Shown: positions 8,859 through 17,547 of the stretch, piece after piece | Layout: each line of letters starts with the position of its first letter | How positions within the stretch are numbered: the stretch's first letter is position 1 | UHGV virus genome: UHGV-0373465 | DNA: 33,338 nucleotides | Reading direction: 5' to 3' (one strand) | From: a virus | The notes under the pieces: model-generated | The model's input: only the letters and a program-made list of their open reading frames with translations | Told to the model about the DNA's origin: nothing | Database searches by the model: none | Translations under genes and position numbers: made by a program

Positions 8859-9924
8859 CCTCCCTTTTGCTTCTGATCTGATTTCTAATATTTTTTGACA
8901 TCTCAAAAATTTCAGATGCAGCCTCTTCATGCTCTAATGTTAATTCTTTAGCTTTAAGTAGCATATCCCAAACTACTCTTAATTTAACACTAGCTGCGTT
9001 TAGTGCTTTATCTAATGCTTCTCTTTCTCCGCTGGTATATAGATATGCTTCATCCAAGTTTGAACTTTTCATGAGAATTTCAATTGCTTCGGGTTTCTCA
9101 ACCACTGCTGCAATATCTTTTATTCTTCGAGACTCACCGATGATGGTTCTACCTTGTTGGTCAGGCACAAAAAACCAAGAGAATAAACGCTTAAGGTTTT
9201 CTTCATTTAAATTTGGGTCTAAAAAATCCTTTTTATCCTGTAGACCTAACCAGTTTGTGATTTTTGAATATCCCAAAGCTGTGGTTATATATGAAAATTC
9301 CACGTCAGAAGCCTTCATGGGTAAATTAAAAAACTCATGGTCATGCGCGACTTCATATAAGTTCAGTGCAGTGAGAAGTGTTGCAACATAATGTGGTTTA
9401 CTCCCAATCTCACGAGCCAGATTTTTTAATACTATCTCTTTAGGCTCATGTGAATAAAAAGTATCACATAACTCTTTAAGGTATTTGGCTTTAGATAATG
9501 AGTCCCATTCTTTGACCCCAGTTATATGACGATAACCGATATATCTCAGTACATCCTCTCGGTTTTCATAAATGATGCAGGGAAGCTTCTTAGGTTTATT
9601 GGTAGTATCATCAATGATTTCTTGCACACCTTTAAGTTTTCTTTTTGGAGGAAGCAGATCTCCATTGAGCAACTTTACAGCAGCTAAGCGTCTGTTTCCC
9701 TCAACCACGATGTAGTTTCCATTGCTTTTTACTGCCAATAAAGGTTCTCCAGGAAAGTAACCTTGCTGACCGATTGATAGCATTAGATCGTGGACACTTT
9801 CGTCATCTAACATTTCCTCAATGACTGTTGCAGCGTTACTGGCATCATTGAGACGAAAGAAACGTGGGTTTTTAGGGTCAAAATCAAGCTTATTTGTCTC
9901 AATTTCTACGATTTTGTTATCCAT
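8851..9924 (-). CDS. ParB/Srx-like N-terminal domain protein (DUF262/DndB-like superfamily candidate)
   Basis: ORF 8851-10056; start preferred at ATG 9924 (GAGG Shine-Dalgarno 5 nt upstream; alternatives 9981 and 10056). N-terminal region has the ParB-type signature YIVVEGNRRLAAVKLL about 75 residues in; the C-terminal two-thirds are helical and unassigned. Confidence 0.6.
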   Translation of the reverse strand: MDNKIVEIETNKLDFDPKNPRFFRLNDASNAATVIEEMLDDESVHDLMLSIGQQGYFPGEPLLAVKSNGNYIVVEGNRRLAAVKLLNGDLLPPKRKLKGVQEIIDDTTNKPKKLPCIIYENREDVLRYIGYRHITGVKEWDSLSKAKYLKELCDTFYSHEPKEIVLKNLAREIGSKPHYVATLLTALNLYEVAHDHEFFNLPMKASDVEFSYITTALGYSKITNWLGLQDKKDFLDPNLNEENLKRLFSWFFVPDQQGRTIIGESRRIKDIAAVVEKPEAIEILMKSSNLDEAYLYTSGEREALDKALNAASVKLRVVWDMLLKAKELTLEHEEAASEIFEMSKNIRNQIRSKREDD

Positions 9925-10151
9925 CTTAACCTCATGGGATGATGTAAATATCTTTTGGGGGATGCTTGATAAAACATCCATATTTGATCGTTTGCAGCGC
10001 ATTTGATACATCGAAGTGTACAAAAATGCTGGGCATAACTCTGCATTAAAATGCATTCACATTCAAAGAACTATTTTCTCGTTGGACATTTAGCCTAAGA
10101 GAGTTTGGACGGCTTTTGGAATTGCATCAAAACCGACCCATGAAGCGGGCG

Positions 10152-10170
10152 GGCGAGGCGGGGAAAGCAC
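10152..10170. other. cos: cos cohesive-end site (P2-type 19-nt GGCGAGGCGGGGAAAGCAC)
   Basis: Exact 19-mer that I recall as the P2 cohesive end, about 170 bp beyond the 3' end of portal gene Q, the expected position. Confidence 0.6.
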
Positions 10171-10308
10171 TGCGCGCTGGCGGTGGTGCTGATTTTATTT
10201 TTTCAGCGTCTGAGCGCGTCGTGATGGCGTTTAGTCGGCCTGCCGGGGCGTTGGTGTGTCTGCGGGGTGTTTTGTACAGTGGCGAACGTGTGAGGGCGTG
10301 ATGACGGG

Positions 10309-10334
10309 GTGTAAAAAAGCCGCCCGCAGGCGGC
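10309..10334 (-). terminator. Rho-independent terminator downstream of Q (minus strand)
   Basis: GC-rich hairpin gccgcc-cgca-ggcggc preceded on the plus strand by an A6 run (a T-run on the minus strand), directly after the Q stop at 10340. Confidence 0.55.
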
Positions 10335-10339
10335 GATGT

Positions 10340-11374
10340 TCAGCCGTTGTCAGTGTCCAGTGAGTAGTTTTTAAATCGGATGACCTCCTGACCGAGCCAG
10401 CCGTTTATCTCGCGGATCCTGTCCTGTAACGGGATAAGCTCATTGCGGACAAAGACCTTTGCTACTTTCTCAATATCACCCAGCGACCCGACGTTCTCCG
10501 GCTTGCCGCCCATCAACTGAAAGGGGATGCGGTGCGCGTCCAGCAGGTCAGCGGCGCTGGCTTTTTTGATATTAAAAAAATCGTCCTTCGTTGCCACTTC
10601 ACTGAGCGGGATAATTTTAATGCCGTCAGCTTTCCCCTGCGGGGCATAGAGAAACAGGTTTTTAAAGTTGTTGCGGCCTTTCGACTTCACCATGTTTTCG
10701 CGAAGCATTTCGATATCGTTGCGATCCTGCACGGCATCAGTGACGTACATGATATATCCGGCATGAGCGCCGTTTTCGTAATACTTGCGGCGGAACAGCG
10801 TGGCCGACTCATTCAGCCAGGCAGAGTTAAGGGCGCTGAGATATTCCGGCAGACCGTACAGCTCCTGATTAATATCCGGCTCCAGCAGGTGAAACACGGA
10901 GCCGGGCGCGAAAGGTGTCGGCTCGTTGAAGGACGGCACCCACCAGTAAACATCCTCCTCCACGCCACGGCGGGTATATTTTGCCGGTGAGGTTTCCAGT
11001 CTGATGACCTTACCGGTGGTGCTGTAACGCTTTTCCAGAAACGCATTACCGAATACCAGAAAATCCAGCACAAAGCGGCTGAAATCCTGCTGAGAAAGCC
11101 ACGGGTGTGGGATAAACGTTGAGGCCAGAATGTTACGTTTGACGTAAATCGGTGAGCTGTGATGCACGGCAGCACGCAGGCTTTTTGCCAGACCGGTAAA
11201 GCTGACCGGTGGCTCATACCATCTGCCGTTACTGATGCACTCGACGTAATCCAGAATGTCACGGCGGTCGAGTACCGGCACCGGCTCACCAAAGGTGAAT
11301 GCCTCCATTTTCGGGGCGCTGGCGGTCATTTTTTTTGCCGCAGGTTGCGGTGTTTTCCCTTTTTTCTTGCTCAT
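10340..11374 (-). CDS. Q: Portal protein gpQ
   Basis: 344 aa, identical to recalled P2 gpQ length; adjacent to and co-oriented with the terminase large subunit. Confidence 0.85.
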   Translation of the reverse strand: MSKKKGKTPQPAAKKMTASAPKMEAFTFGEPVPVLDRRDILDYVECISNGRWYEPPVSFTGLAKSLRAAVHHSSPIYVKRNILASTFIPHPWLSQQDFSRFVLDFLVFGNAFLEKRYSTTGKVIRLETSPAKYTRRGVEEDVYWWVPSFNEPTPFAPGSVFHLLEPDINQELYGLPEYLSALNSAWLNESATLFRRKYYENGAHAGYIMYVTDAVQDRNDIEMLRENMVKSKGRNNFKNLFLYAPQGKADGIKIIPLSEVATKDDFFNIKKASAADLLDAHRIPFQLMGGKPENVGSLGDIEKVAKVFVRNELIPLQDRIREINGWLGQEVIRFKNYSLDTDNG

Positions 11375-13146
11375 CAGTAAAACTCCAGAATGGTGGATGT
11401 CAGCGGGGTGCTGATACCGGCGGTGAGTGGCTCATTTAACAGGGCGTGCATGGTCGCCCAGGCGAGGTCGGCGTGGCTGGCTTCCTCGCTACGGCTGGCC
11501 TCATAGGTGGCGCTGCGTCCGCTGCTGGTCATGGTCTTGCGGATAGCCATAAACGAGCTGGTGATGTCGGTGGCGCTGACGTCATATTCCAGACAGCCAC
11601 GGCGGATGACGTCTTTTGCCTTGAGCACCATTGCGGTTTTCATTTCCGGCGTGTAGCGGATATCGCGCGCGGCGGGATAGAACGAGCGCACGAGCTGGAA
11701 CACGCCGACACCGAGGCCGGTGGCATCAATTCCGATGTATTCGACGTTGTATTTTTCGGTGAGTTTGCGGATGGATTCCGCCTGAGTGGCAAAGTCCATG
11801 CCTTTCCACTGGTGACGCTCAAGTATTCTGAATTTACCTCCGGCCACCACCGGCGGTGCCAGCACCACGCATCCGGCGCTGTCGCCACGGTGTGACGGGT
11901 CGTAACCAATCCATACCGGGCGGGAGCCGAACGGATTGGCGGCAAACGGCGCATAGTCTTCCCATTCTTCCAGCGTGTCGACCATGCAGCGTTGCAGCTC
12001 CTCGAACGGGAACACCGACGCCTTGTCGTCAACAAATTCACACATGAACAGGTTTTTAAAATCGTCGGCGCTGTTTTCACGTTTGAGCTGCTCAATGTCG
12101 AACAGCGTGCAGCCGCCTTTCAGGGCGTCCTCAATGGTGACAATCTGCCGCCACTGGCCGTCCGCACAGAGAAGACCTCCGGCAAGGGCGTTATGACTGA
12201 CGTCGATTTCCACGCGTTCGGCGGCGCTGGCGCGTCCCCGGTTGAACAGTTCACCCGACCAGAACGGGTAGGCGTCGTGCGCCAGCGTGGACGGGGTGGA
12301 GAAATAGGTCGAGCGCAGGTGACTCTGTGAGGCCATACCTGATGCCACCTTACGCAGTACCTGAAAATTCGGGATCCAGAAAATCTCATCGACGTACAGG
12401 TCGCCGTTATGACTCTGCGCGGTGTTGGAGTTGGTGCCGAGAAAAATCAGTTTTGCGCCGTTATTGCCCAGGACAATCGGGTCACCGGTCAGGTCAACGT
12501 CAACCAGACGGGCAAAGGCGATGATGTATTCGCGGAACACATACGCCTGCGTTTTACTGGCCGACAGAAAAATCTGGTTATGACCGGTTTTCAGGGCACG
12601 CAGCAGCGCCTCGCGGGAAAAATAAAACGTCGCGCCAATCTGGCGGGATTTCAGGATATCGCGGATGCGGTGCTCAAGCCCGGCACGATACCAGTGCAGC
12701 TGATAGTCGAAAGACTGCTCAAAGAAAATCTGCTCCAGCTTTTCGATGGCTTCGTCACTGAAAAAATTCTTTTTCGGTTTGCGCCGTCCGCCTTTGTTAC
12801 GGTTAGCGACGTTCGGATTAAGGTCTGCCTCGTTGCCGGTCTGGCTGTAGCGGTTGACCCGTGCCAGTCGTTCAATCTGGCGTCCCAGCAGGTCAATTTC
12901 CTTGAAGTCACCGCCGGTTTTCTGTGGTTTGATGATGAGCTGGGTCAGCCGCGCTTCCAGACTCATTTCGACACGGCTGATGGGGGCAACGCTGTCCCAG
13001 CCGTCGCGCTGTTTCCAGCTCTGCACCGTCGGGCGTTTCATCTGCAACATGGCGGCAATCTGCGGCACGGAAAACCCCTGCCAGTACAGCAGCGCCGCCT
13101 GACGACGCGGGTCGTGTAAAAGAGTGGTGTCTGTGGTGATGGTCAT
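11374..13146 (-). CDS. P: Terminase large (ATPase) subunit gpP
   Basis: ORF 11374-13176; ATG at 13146 with a GAGG Shine-Dalgarno gives 590 aa, the recalled P2 gpP length. Confidence 0.85.
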   Translation of the reverse strand: MTITTDTTLLHDPRRQAALLYWQGFSVPQIAAMLQMKRPTVQSWKQRDGWDSVAPISRVEMSLEARLTQLIIKPQKTGGDFKEIDLLGRQIERLARVNRYSQTGNEADLNPNVANRNKGGRRKPKKNFFSDEAIEKLEQIFFEQSFDYQLHWYRAGLEHRIRDILKSRQIGATFYFSREALLRALKTGHNQIFLSASKTQAYVFREYIIAFARLVDVDLTGDPIVLGNNGAKLIFLGTNSNTAQSHNGDLYVDEIFWIPNFQVLRKVASGMASQSHLRSTYFSTPSTLAHDAYPFWSGELFNRGRASAAERVEIDVSHNALAGGLLCADGQWRQIVTIEDALKGGCTLFDIEQLKRENSADDFKNLFMCEFVDDKASVFPFEELQRCMVDTLEEWEDYAPFAANPFGSRPVWIGYDPSHRGDSAGCVVLAPPVVAGGKFRILERHQWKGMDFATQAESIRKLTEKYNVEYIGIDATGLGVGVFQLVRSFYPAARDIRYTPEMKTAMVLKAKDVIRRGCLEYDVSATDITSSFMAIRKTMTSSGRSATYEASRSEEASHADLAWATMHALLNEPLTAGISTPLTSTILEFY

Positions 13147-13319
13147 GAATACCTCGCCGTGATGAATACACGGCAAGGCTACTGAGTCGCGCCCCGCGAT
13201 TCGCTAAGGTGCTGTTGTGTCAGTGATAAGCCATCCGGGACTGATGGCGGAGGATGCGCATCGTCGGGAAACTGATGCCGACATGTGACTCCTCTAATCA
13301 CTATTCAGGACTCCTGACA

Positions 13320-14174
13320 ATGGCAAAAAAAGTCTCAAAATTCTTTCGTATCGGCGTTGAGGGTGACACCTGTGACGGGCGTGTCATCAGTGCGCAGGAT
13401 ATTCAGGAAATGGCCGAAACCTTTGACCCGCGAGTCTATGGTTGCCGCATTAACCTGGAACATCTGCGCGGCGTCCTGCCTGACGGTATTTTTAAGCGTT
13501 ATGGCGATGTGGTCGAACTGAAGGCCGAAAAGATTGACGATGATTCGGCGCTGAAAGGCAAATGGGCGCTGTTTGCGAAAATCACCCCGACCGATGACCT
13601 TATCGCGATGAACAAGGCCGCGCAGAAGGTCTATACCTCAATGGAAATTCAGCCGAACTTTGCCAATACCGGCAAATGTTATCTGGTGGGTCTGGCCGTC
13701 ACCGATGACCCGGCAAGCCTCGGCACGGAATACCTGGAATTCTGCCGCACGGCAAAACACAACCCCCTGAACCGCTTCAAATTAAGCCCTGAAAACCTGA
13801 TTTCAGTGGCAACGCCCGTTGAGCTGGAATTTGAAGACCTGCCTGAAACCGTGTTCACCGCCCTGACCGAAAAGGTGAAGTCCATTTTTGGCCGCAAACA
13901 GGCCAGCGATGACGCCCGTCTGAATGACGTGCATGAAGCGGTGACCGCTGTTGCTGAACATGTGCAGGAAAAACTGAGCGCCACTGAGCAGCGCCTCGCT
14001 GAGATGGAAACCGCTTTTTCCGCACTTAAGCAGGATGTGACTGACAGGGCGGATGAAACCAGCCAGGCATTCACCCGCCTGAAAAACAGTCTCGACCACA
14101 CCGAAAGTCTGACCCAGCAGCGCCGCAGCAAGGCCACCGGTGGTGGCGGTGACGCCCTGATGACGAACTGCTGA
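13320..14174 (+). CDS. O: Capsid scaffolding protein gpO
   Basis: ORF 13254-14174; ATG at 13320 (MAKKVSKFF) gives 284 aa, the recalled P2 gpO length; divergent from P as in P2. Confidence 0.8.
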   Translation: MAKKVSKFFRIGVEGDTCDGRVISAQDIQEMAETFDPRVYGCRINLEHLRGVLPDGIFKRYGDVVELKAEKIDDDSALKGKWALFAKITPTDDLIAMNKAAQKVYTSMEIQPNFANTGKCYLVGLAVTDDPASLGTEYLEFCRTAKHNPLNRFKLSPENLISVATPVELEFEDLPETVFTALTEKVKSIFGRKQASDDARLNDVHEAVTAVAEHVQEKLSATEQRLAEMETAFSALKQDVTDRADETSQAFTRLKNSLDHTESLTQQRRSKATGGGGDALMTNC

Positions 14175-14232
14175 CCGGCGTCAGTCAGTCCGGGAAAACC
14201 TTCACGATTAACCCTTAATTTCAGGAAAAACT

Positions 14233-15306
14233 ATGCGCCAGGAAACCCGCTTTAAATTTAATGCCTACCTGTCCCGTGTTGCCGAACTGAACGGCATCGA
14301 CGCCGGTGATGTGTCGAAAAAATTCACCGTTGAACCGTCGGTCACCCAGACCCTGATGAACACCATGCAGGAGTCCTCTGACTTTCTGACCCGCATCAAC
14401 ATTGTGCCGGTCAGCGAAATGAAAGGGGAAAAAATTGGCATCGGTGTCACCGGCTCCATCGCCAGCACCACCGACACCGCCGGTGGCACCGAGCGTCAGC
14501 CGAAGGACTTCTCGAAGCTGGCGTCAAACAAGTACGAATGCGACCAGATTAACTTCGATTTTTATATCCGCTACAAAACGCTGGACCTGTGGGCGCGTTA
14601 TCAGGATTTCCAGCTCCGTATCCGTAACGCCATTATCAAACGCCAGTCCCTTGATTTCATCATGGCCGGTTTTAACGGCGTGAAGCGTGCCGAAACCTCT
14701 GACCGCAGCAGCAATCCGATGCTGCAGGATGTGGCGGTCGGCTGGTTGCAGAAATACCGCAATGAAGCCCCGGCGCGCGTGATGAGCAAGGTCACTGACG
14801 AGGAAGGCCGCACCACCTCTGAGGTCATCCGCGTGGGTAAGGGCGGTGATTATGTAAGCCTCGATGCACTGGTGATGGATGCGACCAACAACCTGATTGA
14901 ACCTTGGTATCAGGAAGACCCTGACCTTGTGGTGATTGTGGGGCGTCAGCTACTGGCGGACAAGTATTTCCCCATCGTCAACAAAGAGCAGGACAACAGC
15001 GAAATGCTGGCCGCTGACGTCATCATCAGTCAGAAACGCATCGGTAACCTGCCGGCGGTACGCGTCCCGTACTTCCCGGCGGATGCGATGCTCATCACGA
15101 AGCTGGAAAACCTGTCCATCTACTACATGGATGACAGCCATCGCCGCGTGATTGTGGAAAACCCGAAACTCGACCGCGTGGAGAACTACGAGTCAATGAA
15201 CATTGATTACGTGGTGGAAGACTACGCCGCCGGTTGTCTGGTGGAAAAAATTAAGGTCGGTGATTTCTCCACACTGGCTAAAGCGACCGCAGAGCCGGGA
15301 GCGTAA
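14233..15306 (+). CDS. N: Major capsid protein gpN
   Basis: 357 aa, equal to recalled P2 gpN length; follows the scaffold gene. Confidence 0.85.
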   Translation: MRQETRFKFNAYLSRVAELNGIDAGDVSKKFTVEPSVTQTLMNTMQESSDFLTRINIVPVSEMKGEKIGIGVTGSIASTTDTAGGTERQPKDFSKLASNKYECDQINFDFYIRYKTLDLWARYQDFQLRIRNAIIKRQSLDFIMAGFNGVKRAETSDRSSNPMLQDVAVGWLQKYRNEAPARVMSKVTDEEGRTTSEVIRVGKGGDYVSLDALVMDATNNLIEPWYQEDPDLVVIVGRQLLADKYFPIVNKEQDNSEMLAADVIISQKRIGNLPAVRVPYFPADAMLITKLENLSIYYMDDSHRRVIVENPKLDRVENYESMNIDYVVEDYAAGCLVEKIKVGDFSTLAKATAEPGA

Positions 15307-15309
15307 CCG

Positions 15310-15939
15310 ATGACGAGTCCCGCACAGCGCCACATGATGCGGGTCTCGGCAGCGATGACCGCGCAGCGGGAAGCCGCCCCGCTGCGACATGCAACTGTCT
15401 ATGAGCAGATGCTGGAGCAGGGCAAAGGTGCACAGGATGACATTCTGATGACGGTCATGCTGTGGCGTCTGGATACCGGCGATATTGCCGGTGCGCTGGA
15501 GATTGCCCGTTATGCCCTGAAGTACGGTCTGACCATGCCGGGTAAACACCGCCGTACCCCGCCGTACATGTTCACCGAGGAGGTGGCGCTTGCGGCCATG
15601 CGCGCTCACGCTGCCGGTGAGTCTGTGGATACCCGCCTGCTGACGGAGACCCTTGAACTGACCGCCACGGCTGACATGCCTGATGAAGTGCGCGCAAAGC
15701 TGCACAAAATCACCGGTCTGTTTCTGCGTGACGGTGGTGATGCCGCCGGTGCGCTGGCTCACCTGCAACGTGCGACACAGCTCGACTGTCAGGCAGGCGT
15801 CAAAAAAGAGATTGAACGACTGGAGCGGGAGCTGAAACCGAAGCCGGAGCCGCAGCCCAAAGCGGCCACCCGCGCCCCGCGTAAGATCCGGAGCGTGACA
15901 CCGGCAAAACGTGGACGCCCGAAAAAGAAAGCCAGTTAA
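15310..15939 (+). CDS. M: Terminase small (endonuclease) subunit gpM
   Basis: 209 aa, starts 3 nt after the N stop; N-terminus MTSPAQRHMMRVSAAMTAQ matches my recollection of P2 gpM; C-terminal basic tail (KRGRPKKK). Confidence 0.75.
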   Translation: MTSPAQRHMMRVSAAMTAQREAAPLRHATVYEQMLEQGKGAQDDILMTVMLWRLDTGDIAGALEIARYALKYGLTMPGKHRRTPPYMFTEEVALAAMRAHAAGESVDTRLLTETLELTATADMPDEVRAKLHKITGLFLRDGGDAAGALAHLQRATQLDCQAGVKKEIERLERELKPKPEPQPKAATRAPRKIRSVTPAKRGRPKKKAS

Positions 15940-16038
15940 CAACCGAATGCGCCCCGCGCCAGGGCGGCACGCCGGTCAGTGTGGGTGAATCACCTGACAC
16001 TGCACCGGCGTCCACCGCCCGACTTTTCAGAGGTAGTC

Positions 16039-16548
16039 ATGATGACGCTGATTATTCCGCGAAAGGAGGCTCCCGTGTCCGGTGAGGGTACGGTGGTCAT
16101 CCCGCAACCGGCAGGCGACGAGCCGGTGATTAAAAACACGTTCTTTTTTCCCGATATCGACCCGAAGCGCGTCCGGGAACGTATGCGCCTTGAGCAGACC
16201 GTCGCCCCCGCCCGTCTGCGTGAGGCCATCAAGTCAGGCATGGCGGAGACGAATGCGGAGCTGTACGAGTACCGCGAACAGAAAATTGCCGCCGGTTTTA
16301 CGCGTCTGGCGGACGTCCCGGCGGACGACATCGACGGTGAAAGCATCAAAGTTTTTTACTATGAGCGCGCCGTGTGTGCGATGGCGACCGCGTCGCTTTA
16401 TGAGCGTTATCGCGGCGTGGATGCCAGTGCGAAAGGTGACAAGAAGGCTGACAGCATTGACAGCACCATTGATGAACTGTGGCGGGATATGCGCTGGGCG
16501 GTGGCGCGTATCCAGGACAAGCCGCGCTGCATCGTGAGTCAAATCTGA
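16039..16548 (+). CDS. L: Head completion/stabilisation protein gpL
   Basis: ORF 15979-16548; ATG at 16039 with a GAGG Shine-Dalgarno 6 nt upstream gives 169 aa (recalled P2 gpL length). Confidence 0.8.
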   Translation: MMTLIIPRKEAPVSGEGTVVIPQPAGDEPVIKNTFFFPDIDPKRVRERMRLEQTVAPARLREAIKSGMAETNAELYEYREQKIAAGFTRLADVPADDIDGESIKVFYYERAVCAMATASLYERYRGVDASAKGDKKADSIDSTIDELWRDMRWAVARIQDKPRCIVSQI

Positions 16549-16751
16549 TGAAGACCTTTGCGCTACAGGGCGACACGCTCGACGCCATTTGTGTCCGGTA
16601 TTACGGGCGCACTGAAGGCGTGGTTGAGACCGTGCTCGCCGCAAATCCGGGACTGGCTGAACTGGGTGCGGTGCTGCCACACGGCACCGCCGTCGAACTG
16701 CCCGACGTTCAGACCGCGCCCGTGGCTGAAACTGTCAATCTGTGGGAGTAA
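16548..16751 (+). CDS. X: Tail protein gpX (LysM-like small protein)
   Basis: ATG at 16548 overlapping the L stop gives 67 aa, equal to recalled P2 gpX. Confidence 0.75.
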   Translation: MKTFALQGDTLDAICVRYYGRTEGVVETVLAANPGLAELGAVLPHGTAVELPDVQTAPVAETVNLWE

Positions 16752-16754
16752 CGC

Positions 16755-17036
16755 ATGACAGCAGAAGAAAAAAGCGTCCTGTCGCTTTTCATGATTGGGG
16801 TGCTGATTGTTGTCGGCAAGGTGCTTGCCGGTGGTGAACCCATCACCCCGCGTCTGTTTATCGGGCGCATGTTGCTCGGTGGTTTTGTCTCGATGGTTGC
16901 CGGTGTTGTTCTGGTGCAGTTTCCTGACCTGTCACTGCCTGCGGTGTGCGGCATCGGCTCCATGCTGGGTATCGCCGGTTATCAGGTGATTGAGATTGCC
17001 ATTCAGCGCCGCTTTAAGGGCAGGGGGAAACCGTAA
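16755..17036 (+). CDS. Y: Holin gpY
   Basis: 93 aa with hydrophobic transmembrane segments (LSLFMIGVLIVVGKVLAGG, GGFVSMVAGVVLV); immediately precedes the endolysin gene. Confidence 0.8.
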   Translation: MTAEEKSVLSLFMIGVLIVVGKVLAGGEPITPRLFIGRMLLGGFVSMVAGVVLVQFPDLSLPAVCGIGSMLGIAGYQVIEIAIQRRFKGRGKP

Positions 17037-17533
17037 TGCCGGTAATTAACACGCATCAGAATATCGCCGCCTTTCTCGACATGCTGGCCGTGTCCGAAGG
17101 GACGGCGAATCATCCGCTGACGAAAAACCGGGGCTATGACGTGATAGTCACCGGACTGGACGGAAAGCCGGAAATTTTCACCGACTACAGTGACCACCCG
17201 TTCGCACATGGCCGACCGGCGAAGGTGTTTAACCGTCGCGGTGAAAAATCCACGGCCTCCGGTCGCTATCAGCAGCTTTACCTGTTCTGGCCGCACTACC
17301 GCAAACAGCTTGCCCTGCCGGATTTCAGTCCGTTGTCACAGGACAGACTTGCCATTCAGTTGATCCGCGAACGCGGTGCACTGGATGACATCCGGGCGGG
17401 ACGTATTGAGCGCGCCATTTCACGCTGTCGCAATATCTGGGCGTCCCTGCCGGGTGCCGGTTACGGTCAGCGTGAGCATTCACTGGAAAAACTGGTCACC
17501 GTCTGGCGTACCGCCGGCGGCGTACCGGCTTAA
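17036..17533 (+). CDS. K: Endolysin gpK
   Basis: 165 aa, equal to recalled P2 gpK; follows the holin; ATGA-type overlap with Y. Confidence 0.8.
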   Translation: MPVINTHQNIAAFLDMLAVSEGTANHPLTKNRGYDVIVTGLDGKPEIFTDYSDHPFAHGRPAKVFNRRGEKSTASGRYQQLYLFWPHYRKQLALPDFSPLSQDRLAIQLIRERGALDDIRAGRIERAISRCRNIWASLPGAGYGQREHSLEKLVTVWRTAGGVPA

Positions 17534-17547
17534 ACGGAGTAAACACC

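Noticed and set aside
10116-10301. 61-aa ORF covering the cos region
   Set aside because: Lies over the cos-like 19-mer and GC-rich packaging-site DNA; no RBS; more plausibly a non-coding cos/terminase-binding region.
12409-13119. 236-aa plus-strand ORF inside terminase gene P, with several smaller ORFs at 11446-12524
   Set aside because: Antisense or out-of-frame overlaps within a conserved terminase gene; no RBS context; composition consistent with frame artefacts.
13177-13319. Attempt to locate Ogr-dependent late-promoter dyads (TGT-N12-ACA) in the P/O divergent region and upstream of FI (26640-26735)
   Set aside because: Found only partial TGT-N12 matches without the ACA half; not confident enough to annotate specific late-promoter sites without alignment to P2 promoters.
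15193-15942. 249-aa minus-strand ORF spanning gene M
   Set aside because: Fully antisense to a well-supported late gene in GC-rich DNA; Arg/Gly/Cys-rich low-complexity translation typical of spurious ORFs on the opposite strand of high-GC coding sequence.
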